Source: an uncultured Rhodospirillaceae bacterium (lineage in GTDB: Bacteria > Pseudomonadota > Alphaproteobacteria > UBA8366). From it: DNA of 64,000 bases. How positions within the stretch are numbered: the first letter of the stretch is position 1; the number at the start of each line of letters is the position of its first letter. Positions 38,897-48,348 of the stretch are shown here, piece after piece. The translations under genes were made by a program, and so were the position numbers. The notes under the pieces were generated by a model that was not told the origin of the DNA, did not search any database, and saw only the letters and a program-made list of their open reading frames with translations. The stretch covers positions 130,355 to 194,354 of the forward strand of contig CAJWLM010000002.1 in NCBI GenBank assembly GCA_913043025.1, given 5' to 3'.

Positions 38897-38964
38897 CTAT
38901 CTCTTCCTTTTCATCCACGTAATAAATAGTTCTACTTAGAGTTTGCCACCCTCTCGTCTATTAT

Positions 38965-38980
38965 AGCATCTTGTGTGCCA
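38965..38980 (-). promoter_or_regulatory. Sigma-54 (RpoN)-type -24/-12 promoter candidate upstream of glnB
   Basis: The minus strand reads TGGCAC-ACAAGA-TGCT with exact GG-N10-GC spacing, 79 nt upstream of the glnB ATG. It is immediately followed by TATAAT. Confidence 0.45.
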
Positions 38981-39070
38981 ATTTATAAGGCGTTGTTTCT
39001 AAATAAAAAAAATTGGCACAAGAGATACAGCAAAAAAAAATTGACTAAAAATTATGCAATTGCCCATAAA

Positions 39071-41353
39071 TTATACACCGGCTGGTCTTTTTAAGACCGT
39101 TACGCTAGGCATTGTACCGACAAATTTTTCTACCTGCACAAGCGTCGAATGGGCCGTAGGCCCTTGAGCGAGTTTCGATGTTCCGCGATCAGGCGTAAGC
39201 ACATTGGGGTTCCCATGAACCTCTAGAGTGCCGGGCTGACCCGGTACTAGTGGGTCATACCATGCGCCAGTAGATAGCTCGATAACGCTGGGACGTATAG
39301 AAGCGCAAATAAGTGCTCCAGCAAGTATCGCGCCCCGATTATTGAATACTTTCACCACATCTCCAGTTTGTATAGCTCGAGATGCTGCATCTTCAGGATT
39401 GATACGTACGGGCTCACGGCCCGTAATTTTTGTTGCTTGGCTGATTTTCGAATAATCTAATTGTGCATGTAGCCTACTACGAGGTTGGTTGGAAACCATA
39501 TGGAGTGGGAATTCTTCAGCCAATTTACTGCCTAGCCACTCCGTTGGCTCTAGCCACGTGGGGTGCCCTGGGCAATCATCATATCCAAAGCTATCTATGG
39601 TTTCAGAAAAGATTTCAATTTTGCCAGATGGCGTTTTGCGTTTAAATTTTGAGGGGTTTGAACGAAAATCCGCCATGGCCACAAATGGCCTATCTGGGGC
39701 CGGTATTTCCAAAAAACCTCGGGACCAAAAATCATCAAAGTTAGGAAAAGTAATACCTTGTTTAGCAGCCTTCTGGCAGGCAATGTCATATATTTTTTTT
39801 ATCCAATCTTGCTCGTTCCTCCCCTCAGTGAAGTTATTTCTCAGCCCCAAGCCATCTGCAATATCAGAAAATATATCAAAATCATTCCGAGCTTGATGCA
39901 GAGGTTCAACTAGTTTTTGCATTGCTATCCAAAATCGATCACGGCCACTAGCGCCGATATCATTGCGCTCCATTGTAGAGGTCGCAGGAAGTATGATATC
40001 AGCGTGCCGCGCAGTCGAAGTCCACCAGGGTTCGTGAACGATTATCGTTTCGGGCTTGCGCCATGCTTGCAGTAAACGGTTGAGGTCTTGGTGATGATGG
40101 AAGGGATTGCCACCGCACCAATAAACTAAACGTACGTGAGGATATTTGCGTTGAGTTCCATTAAAATCATAGCGTGCGCCAGGATTGAGTAACATATCGG
40201 CGATCCTCGCGACCGGGATATAGCTTTTGGTTGGGTTATCTCCAATACTCATGGTTGGTGCTGGCAAGTTTAAATGGGGATTGCCATAGCCATTCATGCT
40301 CCCATACCCGCATCCGAATCCATTCCCTGGAAGTCCGATGCGACCTAACATAGCGGCCAAAGTAATTGTCATCCAATAAGCTTGTTCTCCGTGGTCTGCC
40401 CTTTGCAAGGCATAGGCACATCCGAGAACGGTATTTTTATTCGCCATTTCAATAGCTAATGCACGAATTTTAGGCGCGGGAATCTCTGAGATTTTGGCTG
40501 CCCATTCAGCAGTTTTAGGTACGTTATCTGTATGTCCCATAAGATAGGAGCTGAATTTATCAAAGCCGACGCAGTACTTGTTAAGGAACGCCCTGTTGTG
40601 AAGACGATTTTTAACCAATGTGTGTGCAAGCCCCAACATTATTGCTACGTCAGAGTTTGGGCGTGCCGGCCACCATTCGGCTTTTAAGTAATCTGCGGTG
40701 TCGTCTTGGCAAGGCGTTACACTTACAAAACGCACTCCATTTTTTCGGAGCATTGGGAGCCATTTATGTGTAGCATGTTCACCTGCGCCTCCGGGCTCAA
40801 CCTGTGTGTTTTTCAGTCCAACACCCCCAAATGCAACAAAAAGTTCGCAATGCTGAGCAATTCCATCCCAAGAACTGAAAGGGCCGTAACCACCCTGACC
40901 AACAACGTGAGGTAAAATTGCATGACCCGCGGCATTCGAGTAGCTGTGCACTTGATCGGTGAATCCGCCAAAAACATTGAGGAACCGCTTTAGTTGCGTT
41001 TTCGCATGATGAAAACGGCCAGCGCTCGACCAGCCATATGACCCTCCAAAAATAGCTTCGTTCCCGTGGCATTTTTGCACACGGCTTAATTCTGCTACCA
41101 CTAAGTTAATTGCTTGGTCCCACTCAATAGCAATAAATGGATCAGCGCCACGCTTTTCGGTATTAGCGCCATATCCGTTGTCAAACCAACTTTTACGAAC
41201 CATAGGCTGATGTATTCGGCATTCAGAGTAAAGCGCGTCCTTTATTGATCCGATAATAGGAGAGGGGTACTCATCTTTACAGAACGGTTGGACGTCGACT
41301 AGTTTTCCGTCTTGCGTAGTTCCTTGAAAAGCTCCCCAATGGGAAGAATGCAT
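39071..41353 (-). CDS. Molybdopterin (bis-MGD) oxidoreductase of the DMSO/TMAO/biotin-sulfoxide reductase family, cytoplasmic BisC-like
   Basis: The ATG at 41353 gives MHSSHWGAF...IHQPMVRKSWF, resembling BisC/TorZ-type enzymes. There is no twin-arginine signal. The TTG at 41416 is an alternative start. Confidence 0.8.
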   Translation of the reverse strand: MHSSHWGAFQGTTQDGKLVDVQPFCKDEYPSPIIGSIKDALYSECRIHQPMVRKSWFDNGYGANTEKRGADPFIAIEWDQAINLVVAELSRVQKCHGNEAIFGGSYGWSSAGRFHHAKTQLKRFLNVFGGFTDQVHSYSNAAGHAILPHVVGQGGYGPFSSWDGIAQHCELFVAFGGVGLKNTQVEPGGAGEHATHKWLPMLRKNGVRFVSVTPCQDDTADYLKAEWWPARPNSDVAIMLGLAHTLVKNRLHNRAFLNKYCVGFDKFSSYLMGHTDNVPKTAEWAAKISEIPAPKIRALAIEMANKNTVLGCAYALQRADHGEQAYWMTITLAAMLGRIGLPGNGFGCGYGSMNGYGNPHLNLPAPTMSIGDNPTKSYIPVARIADMLLNPGARYDFNGTQRKYPHVRLVYWCGGNPFHHHQDLNRLLQAWRKPETIIVHEPWWTSTARHADIILPATSTMERNDIGASGRDRFWIAMQKLVEPLHQARNDFDIFSDIADGLGLRNNFTEGRNEQDWIKKIYDIACQKAAKQGITFPNFDDFWSRGFLEIPAPDRPFVAMADFRSNPSKFKRKTPSGKIEIFSETIDSFGYDDCPGHPTWLEPTEWLGSKLAEEFPLHMVSNQPRSRLHAQLDYSKISQATKITGREPVRINPEDAASRAIQTGDVVKVFNNRGAILAGALICASIRPSVIELSTGAWYDPLVPGQPGTLEVHGNPNVLTPDRGTSKLAQGPTAHSTLVQVEKFVGTMPSVTVLKRPAGV

Positions 41354-41576
41354 TCTTGTGCCATTTTTCAAGCCAGTGAACTCCTTAACCCTAGTTTCAT
41401 GTCCGTAGAAAATCAAAAACCGATCTTTGCCTTTGCCGCAACATAGGACGACCTAGATGATTATACGGAATTTTCGGTTCACTGTGTGATCAAAAAACTC
41501 TTCTAAATTTCTTATTTTGGCGGAGATTTATTTGCGAAACTTTTTTATTTTGTGGGAACGTTAAACGTAATCGAAC

Positions 41577-42398
41577 CTAAATATAGGGCGGCATGGACCA
41601 GCCCTTTGGACTTTCAGTAAAAATCTCGTATCCTCTCGACGTCACTGCAACGGTATGTTCGAATTGTGCTGAAAGTTGTCGATCTTTGGTGACTGCAGTC
41701 CAACCATCTTGCAATATTTTCACGTGAAATTTTCCTGCATTTACCATTGGCTCGATCGTGAAAAACATGCCTTCCTTTAGAATTACGCCAGTGCCGGACT
41801 GGCCGTAGTGTAAAATGCTGGGCGGTGCGTGAAATGTTCTTCCAATACCGTGACCGCAGAAGTCACGGACCAGAGAAAATCGATGGTCTTCCCCATGTTT
41901 TTGAATAGCTCGACCAACATCTCCTAATGTGGCTCCTGGTCTCACAACGTGAATGCCTTTCATCATTGCTTCATAAGTCACTTGGATTAACTTCTTAGCG
42001 CGCACACCAACTTTCTCGCCGACGCAAAACATACGGCTGGTATCCCCATGCCATCCATCGAGAATCACAGTTACGTCGATATTAAGGGTATCGCCATCTT
42101 TTAGGATCTTCTGAGGGTCAGGAATTCCATGACAGACAACGTGGTTGACGGATGTGCAAATTGATTTTGGAAAACCTTTGTAATTAAGAGGGGCAGGAAT
42201 TGCACCATGATCGACGATAAAATTATGACACAAGGTGTCAAGTTCCTCAGTGGAAACGCCAGGTGAAACGTGTGGAGTGATAAAGTCGAGCACTTCTGCG
42301 GCTAGTTTACCCGCCTTACGCATGGCCCCATAATCCTCTGAATTATGGAATGGTACTCCAATGGATTCTGGCTCTATTTTAGTATCCATCATGGTCAT
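41577..42398 (-). CDS. map: Type I methionine aminopeptidase
   Basis: 273 aa with the pita-bread fold metal-ligand pattern (VCHGIP, DVTV, CGHGIG, FTIEP, FEHT). Confidence 0.9.
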   Translation of the reverse strand: MTMMDTKIEPESIGVPFHNSEDYGAMRKAGKLAAEVLDFITPHVSPGVSTEELDTLCHNFIVDHGAIPAPLNYKGFPKSICTSVNHVVCHGIPDPQKILKDGDTLNIDVTVILDGWHGDTSRMFCVGEKVGVRAKKLIQVTYEAMMKGIHVVRPGATLGDVGRAIQKHGEDHRFSLVRDFCGHGIGRTFHAPPSILHYGQSGTGVILKEGMFFTIEPMVNAGKFHVKILQDGWTAVTKDRQLSAQFEHTVAVTSRGYEIFTESPKGWSMPPYI

Positions 42399-42459
42399 TT
42401 GATTTTATGTAACCTCATTGGTAATTCCTTTCAAAATTCCCCGATGTACAAACAAAGAC

Positions 42460-43158
42460 TCAACAATCAATGGGTATTTGACGGATAATTTTAATATTGC
42501 TAGGTGAGACATCGCAGGCATAGCATACGGCTTCGACGCCAGCGTCTCGTGCTTCAAAAAAGGTCTTTGCGTAGGTGGGGTCTATATCAGCAGCAAGCCT
42601 AAAAGAATTACAATCACTCCGTTGCACCAAGTAAAACATCAATGCGCGACTTCCATCAGCTCGCATGCATGCCAATTCACGAAGATGCTTCTCTCCGCGT
42701 TTTGTTACTGCATCAGGAAATTCTGCATAATTTTCACGTTTTAATGTGACATTTTTTACTTCGACGAAGCATGGTTCTTTGTCTGGATCTTCAAGAAGAA
42801 GATCTATTCGACTATTAACGCCATACTTGACCTCACGACGTATGTTTTCATAGCCCTTTAATTCAGCAATCTCGCCCTCCTCAATTGCGGCTTCTACTAT
42901 GCGGTTGGGGTGAGCAGTGTTTATACCGACAAGATTTCCATCAGTTCGGACAAGTTCCCAGCGCCAATCGAGTTTAGCTTTTGGATTGGTGTTAGGTGAC
43001 AGCCATACTTCACTACCAGGTTCCGTGAGGCCCAACATAGAACCCGAATTTGCACAATGTGCTACTACTGTTGTGCCATTTGGCAACAACATATCGCTCA
43101 GAAAACGTTTGTAACGTCTTAGGAGAGTAGCTTTTTGTAGTGGTGCTTTGAATTCCAT
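42460..43158 (-). CDS. sfsA: SfsA family nuclease / sugar fermentation stimulation protein
   Basis: MEFKAPLQKATLLRRYKRFLSD and FVEVKNVT are present. The start is taken at the ATG at 43158. Confidence 0.85.
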   Translation of the reverse strand: MEFKAPLQKATLLRRYKRFLSDMLLPNGTTVVAHCANSGSMLGLTEPGSEVWLSPNTNPKAKLDWRWELVRTDGNLVGINTAHPNRIVEAAIEEGEIAELKGYENIRREVKYGVNSRIDLLLEDPDKEPCFVEVKNVTLKRENYAEFPDAVTKRGEKHLRELACMRADGSRALMFYLVQRSDCNSFRLAADIDPTYAKTFFEARDAGVEAVCYACDVSPSNIKIIRQIPIDC

Positions 43159-43373
43159 AAAAACCAAAACTTTTATGCTAGCAGTTTGTCCTGTTTCGTT
43201 GAATGTTAGTCATCGGTTAGAAGTCTTATTTTTCAAATTTATTACAGTGATTTTAAATAATGAAAGTAATTACGACCTGTTCAAAATTTTATAAGGTATT
43301 TTGCTATTTATCCTCTTTAAGCCATGAAAGTGCCAGGTAAAAATGGAAAACGATCCACGCAATTGTGGTTTTA

Positions 43374-44594
43374 TTAAATTACCTTTTTTTGCCGGAGTAG
43401 CTCTAAATCAGCCTGTTTTAAACCTAATATCTCTTCGTAAACCTCAGCATTATGCTGACCAAGAGCAGGCCCTAGCCATCTTATTGAACCAGGTGTCTTG
43501 GACAGTCGAGGCACTACATTTGGAACGGCCAACCTGTCTGCTCTCTCATCGTTAGGACGAGCAATATTTCCACGGGCGGCATAGTGCTCATTTTCAAAAA
43601 TCTCGTCAATTGATGCGACTATTCCGCATGGAACCTCCGCTGCATCGCAAAGTTTGATCAATTCTCTCTGACTATGTTGCAAAGTCCATTCGGTGACAAT
43701 TTTATCAACATTTTCACGGTCATTTTCGCGTTTATGTATCGAGCCATATTTTCCCTGGCTGGCCAGTTCGCTGTTGCCCATTGCCTTTGCAAGGCGGGCA
43801 AAAATTTTGTCATTTGTGCATGCGATTGCAACCCATCGCCTATCTTTAGTCGGGTAATGACTATGCGGGCATACGTTCACGGTGGCTGCTCCCATGCGCT
43901 GACGGATATAACCATGTTTATCATATGCAGGTGCTATTTCATCAAGGATACGAAAAATAGGTTCATAGAGGCCAATATCAATAAATTGTCCGATACCCGT
44001 TGCATCGGCGTGTTTTAACGCTGCCATAACTCCGAACCCACCGAAGATTCCAGCGAGGTAATCGGCGAGGGTTGCGGAGCCCGGGGTTGCTGGCGCCCCA
44101 TTTGGTTCGCCAGCAAGAAAAGAAATTCCACCGAATGCATTCCCAATTCGACCAAACCCTGGTTTGCTGCTGTATGGACCTGTTTGGCCATAACCCGAAA
44201 CACGCAGCATTATCATTTTAGGATTTATTTTGTGCAAGGTTTCCCAACCAAGGCCCCATTTTTCGAGTGTGCCAGGTTGAAAGTTTTCTGTAATGACATC
44301 ACTTGTCTTCACAAGTCGCTTAAATAAATTCGCACCTTCTTTTTTCTTAAGATCGAGCGTAATTGATTTTTTATTTCTAGCCTCCGACAACCAAACCAAC
44401 GTATCCCCGCAATCATCGACGGTGCCTAATTTACGACAGGGGTCCCCAACGCCCGGCAACTCCACCTTTATTACCTCGGCTCCAAACTCAGCCATTAATG
44501 TAGCACAAAATGGTGAGGCAACGTATGTGGCTATATCCAGTATGCGAAGACCTTGAAGAGGCCCATTTAGCGAGTACGTGTCTGTCTTTGGCAT
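43374..44594 (-). CDS. Family III CoA-transferase (CaiB/BaiF family)
   Basis: 406 aa. The N-terminus LRILDIATYVASPFCATLMAEFGAEVIKVE is the family signature. A GGAGG RBS is present. Confidence 0.85.
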   Translation of the reverse strand: MPKTDTYSLNGPLQGLRILDIATYVASPFCATLMAEFGAEVIKVELPGVGDPCRKLGTVDDCGDTLVWLSEARNKKSITLDLKKKEGANLFKRLVKTSDVITENFQPGTLEKWGLGWETLHKINPKMIMLRVSGYGQTGPYSSKPGFGRIGNAFGGISFLAGEPNGAPATPGSATLADYLAGIFGGFGVMAALKHADATGIGQFIDIGLYEPIFRILDEIAPAYDKHGYIRQRMGAATVNVCPHSHYPTKDRRWVAIACTNDKIFARLAKAMGNSELASQGKYGSIHKRENDRENVDKIVTEWTLQHSQRELIKLCDAAEVPCGIVASIDEIFENEHYAARGNIARPNDERADRLAVPNVVPRLSKTPGSIRWLGPALGQHNAEVYEEILGLKQADLELLRQKKVI

Positions 44595-44816
44595 GATATC
44601 CTCCGTCGTTTATATGTAGCGTATAGAATGGTTCATGCCGAGGATTTAAGTTGTTTGTAAAAAAATGCAGATTTGATAGGGAAAATAAAGTTGCTTTTAA
44701 AAAAATGCGTGGCAAAGGTATTTTTTCATTAGCTTACGCACTGAATTTTGCTGTCGATATATTCTGGAAGTATTTTGTATTGTAATAACTCGGCAGATGA
44801 AGGTGAAGGGGGAAAT

Positions 44817-45638
44817 ATGGGTGATATCGCTACCGACATTAACGGCTATTTCGAATATGATCGTTTGAAGGCGCCTACGCGTCAGAGTAAACCGAGGAAA
44901 ACTGGGCTAACTGCAATGATTGATGTTGGGCCGAGTGATTTTGGTTGGACAGGTCCGAGAGGGCTCAAGGACTTACTTGATTATGGGGCTGAGTTCATCG
45001 ATTACGCAAAAATATTTGCCATAAATGCATTGGATTACCCGCCACCCTTGGTAAAGAGAATTGTGCGCACTTACAAAGATTATGGTGTTATTCCCTTTGC
45101 TGGCGGTATTCTCTTCGAAACGGCCTATCATCAGAATGCAGTTGATGAATTGATTACTCATCTTCAACGAGTGGACATCAATATGCTCGAGTTATCAGAA
45201 AATTACATAGAATTGGAGAGCGATGTTAGGAAGCAGCAAATTAATTTGTTGCAGAGTGCGGGTCTTACCGTAGTCTACGAGTTTGGCAGGAAAATACCTA
45301 CGTCACCTCTCAGCATTGATTTTCTGGGATCAATGGTCGAGAGTATGATGGATTTAGGTGTAGATCATATCATTATAGAACAAAGCGAGATTGACATGTT
45401 GGCATCTGAGAACCCGCAGGCTCTTCAGGCCCTGCCCAAGCAATCTTGGTTTAAACACTGCGTACTTGAGCCTGATCCATATTCTTTTCCGCAGCAACAC
45501 ATACAAATGATCAAAGATTTTGGCTCAGATGTTAGCTTATGTAATGTCACTCCGGAACAGGTATTGAAATTGGAGGGCTTTCGTCGTGGGATCGGTCGCC
45601 CCGTCCAATATTCATTTCTCTCAGACAAACTAAAGTGA
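44817..45638 (+). CDS. comA: (2R)-phospho-3-sulfolactate synthase (ComA) family protein, divergent
   Basis: The ATG at 44817 follows GAAGGGGG. The blocks KPRKTGLTAMIDVG, IPFAGGILFETAY, LELSENY, VDHIIIEQSE and LKLEGFRRGIGRP match my recollection of the ComA fold family (PF02679). Confidence 0.6.
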   Translation: MGDIATDINGYFEYDRLKAPTRQSKPRKTGLTAMIDVGPSDFGWTGPRGLKDLLDYGAEFIDYAKIFAINALDYPPPLVKRIVRTYKDYGVIPFAGGILFETAYHQNAVDELITHLQRVDINMLELSENYIELESDVRKQQINLLQSAGLTVVYEFGRKIPTSPLSIDFLGSMVESMMDLGVDHIIIEQSEIDMLASENPQALQALPKQSWFKHCVLEPDPYSFPQQHIQMIKDFGSDVSLCNVTPEQVLKLEGFRRGIGRPVQYSFLSDKLK

Positions 45639-45642
45639 TGCT

Positions 45643-46701
45643 ATGGTTGAAATGATTAGAGTGCCGGTTAAGGAATGTCGGACTATTTGCATAGAAGCTT
45701 ACGAACGTAACGGTGTTGCGCCTGAAATAGCTGCATTAGCAACGGAACAATTTATTTTATGTGATCTGCTTGGCATCCAGACCCATGGAATACTTAGGTT
45801 GAGCCACTATATTGGACGGCTTCAGGCAGGAGGAATTGAACCAGCAACGAGTATAACTGTTGATCGGAAAACACCAGCAATGGCTATAGTAGATGGTGGG
45901 AATACCCTTGGAACGGCAGTTGCAGGTCGAGCTACTGAAGTTGCGATTGAAATGGCACAAGAAGTCGGCATTGCGTTTATAAGCGTCAAAAATAGTAACC
46001 ACTTTGGGGCTAACGCCAGTTTTGGTTGGGGCGCGTGCGAAAATGGAGTGATTCTATTATCAGGCACTAATGGTTCACTCACGATGCCGGCGACCGGTGG
46101 AAAGGCACAGGTCGTTGGCAACAATCCGATTGGTTATGCTGCGCCCCGGAAAGGTGGGAAACATTTTATTCTTGATTTTGCACTTAGTGTCCAATCACGT
46201 GGCAAAATAAGACGTGCCGCGGAATTGGGGGAGACCATTCCTGAAGGCTGGGGGCTCGACTCAAATGGTATGAATACGACAGATGCGGCGAAGGTGTTAC
46301 AGGGGTTTGTTCTGCCAGTTGGTGGGCATAAAGGATATGGTCTTGCTTTGGCAGTAGACATGTTAACTGGTGTTTTGAGCGGAGGAAATTATGCACCATT
46401 AATTAAATCCCAGTTCTATGAACCGGAAAAACCCTCGGGCATCTGCCACTATTTTATCTGTATTGATCCGGATAAACTTATCGGTCGTGAAATGTTTCAA
46501 GCTCGTCTAGAGGCCTATTGTTCGTGGATAAAGGAACAGCCCTCTATCGATCCTAAAATACCCGTCCGAGTTCCAGGTGAAAGGGCTGCTGAGGCATATG
46601 CAGAAAACCTTCATAAAGGTATATTGGTTGATTCTGATCACCATAAGCGCAATCAAGGCCTTGCCAAAGGTACCGTAAAAGGGGTTATTCCGAAGGGTTA
46701 A
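45643..46701 (+). CDS. Ldh2-family dehydrogenase, copy 2 (ComC-like sulfolactate dehydrogenase candidate)
   Basis: 352 aa with the Ldh2 signature LGIQTHGILRLSHY, GNNPIG and GGHKGYGLA. It starts 4 nt after the comA-like stop. Confidence 0.7.
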   Translation: MVEMIRVPVKECRTICIEAYERNGVAPEIAALATEQFILCDLLGIQTHGILRLSHYIGRLQAGGIEPATSITVDRKTPAMAIVDGGNTLGTAVAGRATEVAIEMAQEVGIAFISVKNSNHFGANASFGWGACENGVILLSGTNGSLTMPATGGKAQVVGNNPIGYAAPRKGGKHFILDFALSVQSRGKIRRAAELGETIPEGWGLDSNGMNTTDAAKVLQGFVLPVGGHKGYGLALAVDMLTGVLSGGNYAPLIKSQFYEPEKPSGICHYFICIDPDKLIGREMFQARLEAYCSWIKEQPSIDPKIPVRVPGERAAEAYAENLHKGILVDSDHHKRNQGLAKGTVKGVIPKG

Positions 46702-46704
46702 TCG

Positions 46705-48276
46705 TCACACAGCAACGGTGGCTGAGGTGGGCGTCATGGGGTGTGTGAATCCTACGAATTCTCCTGACGGCCCAACTAATGCGATGTTAGGGCAGGCATA
46801 TAATGTAGGAAAAACTGAATTTTCGCCAATGAAGACAGGCATTCGTTTTTCTATTTCGGCACGTATTTCCGGCCCTAATTCTGGATCTACGGTGCATCGA
46901 CCCTCTCCGCATACGTCAATCCGCGGTTGGTGGGCAGCGGCATCCAATTCCATTTCCAAAATTCCTATCATTGTTATTAATTGAAATACAGCGGGCATAA
47001 TTCGCCGTCCACCAGACGCCCCTATTGCGAAATAAGGTCTCCCATTCTTTTCTACAATTGCTGGGCACATATTGGAAAGTGCTCCTTTATTTGGTGCAAG
47101 TGAATTCGGTTTGTCGGGGAGTGGATTAAACCAGTATATGCCGTTATTCATAAGTATCCCGGTTCTTGGAAGGGTCACACGACTTCCGAAAACAGAGAGC
47201 AAAGTTTGTGTTAGGCTTACCAAATTACCATGTCTGTCCGCTATGCTTATATGAGTAGTACATTCATTTGAGTCAACAGTATCCCCCATTGTTGCAAGTC
47301 GTTCATTATATGCTTGCTCTAAAGAGTTAGCCCAACATGAGTATGTAGATGCCTCTGGGGTGCCTTTTGTTTGCACTAAATCTGAGGCTAGGTTCACTAC
47401 ACGTGCCAATGTAGGCCCTGCAGTTAGGTGTGGCGTTGCATGAACAGTTAAATCACCGTAGGGTATCGCGAGACTGTCAGTTTCTTGCGCATTATACTCA
47501 GATAGATCGGACGCGGTCATTGCATTCCCGCCATCCATAAGATCTGCAATTATGGCTTGAGCTATGTCGCCATGGTAGAAATCATCCGCACCTGCTTCAG
47601 CAAGGCGTTCAAGTGTCATCGGTAACTTCCCTAACGGCGATAGCGGAATATCTTGACCCTGAATTGGTTGTAATGGAAGGTCGTGAGCATCGAGATAAAT
47701 TGCTCGTGATGCATTAAACTGTTTTAATTCTTTTGCCGCACCAAGACATCGAAGAGACATACTCCAGGTTATTGGTAACCCGCGTTTCGCTAAGTCAATT
47801 GCTGGTTGTAGAAGCTCCTTCCACGGCATTGTTGCGTAACGAGCATGCGCTTTGGCGATACCTGCAATCTGTCCCGGCACTGCTATTGAGTGAAAACCAA
47901 TGATATTTCGGTCTTCCAAAACACTTGGCCATGAAAAAAGGTCACCGCTGGAGAGATTGCCTTCTGCAAGAGGATAATAATCAGTATCAATTTCACTTGG
48001 CGAACGCATCCCAAAATGAAACGTTCTATAGTTTGTTGCTTCATCCGCGAGGGCTACTTGCATGTAACCACCGCCACCAATGCCACTCATCCATGGCTCA
48101 ACAACCGACACCGCAAAAGAGGTTGCAATTGCAGCATCAACAGCGTTGCCGCCAGCGCGAAGAATTTCAGCGCCAACTTCTGAGGCCAGATAGTGCTGGC
48201 TGGATACAACTCCATTAGGCCCCCTAACAGTTTGTTTTTTTAATTCCCATTTTTCATGATAAAGCAAAACATGCAT
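46705..48276 (-). CDS. ggt: Gamma-glutamyltransferase family protein, apparently cytoplasmic
   Basis: 523 aa with GGNAVDAAIA and the autoprocessing/nucleophile site CTTHISIAD. There is no N-terminal hydrophobic signal. Confidence 0.8.
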   Translation of the reverse strand: MHVLLYHEKWELKKQTVRGPNGVVSSQHYLASEVGAEILRAGGNAVDAAIATSFAVSVVEPWMSGIGGGGYMQVALADEATNYRTFHFGMRSPSEIDTDYYPLAEGNLSSGDLFSWPSVLEDRNIIGFHSIAVPGQIAGIAKAHARYATMPWKELLQPAIDLAKRGLPITWSMSLRCLGAAKELKQFNASRAIYLDAHDLPLQPIQGQDIPLSPLGKLPMTLERLAEAGADDFYHGDIAQAIIADLMDGGNAMTASDLSEYNAQETDSLAIPYGDLTVHATPHLTAGPTLARVVNLASDLVQTKGTPEASTYSCWANSLEQAYNERLATMGDTVDSNECTTHISIADRHGNLVSLTQTLLSVFGSRVTLPRTGILMNNGIYWFNPLPDKPNSLAPNKGALSNMCPAIVEKNGRPYFAIGASGGRRIMPAVFQLITMIGILEMELDAAAHQPRIDVCGEGRCTVDPELGPEIRAEIEKRMPVFIGENSVFPTLYACPNIALVGPSGEFVGFTHPMTPTSATVAV

Positions 48277-48348
48277 CCTTAAAAAATTTTAAGTATCTCG
48301 ATTTTCCAAATTAAAGCCTATACTGTAGCTATCAAAAGGAGAAGCTCT

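Noticed and set aside
39010-41375. The word (A)ATGGCACAAGA / AATTGGCACAAGA in inverted orientation at both ends of the molybdoenzyme gene, which could look like terminal inverted repeats.
   Set aside because: Only 10-11 nt are shared, and thousands of such chance pairs are expected in a 64-kb window. There are no target-site duplications or mobility genes.
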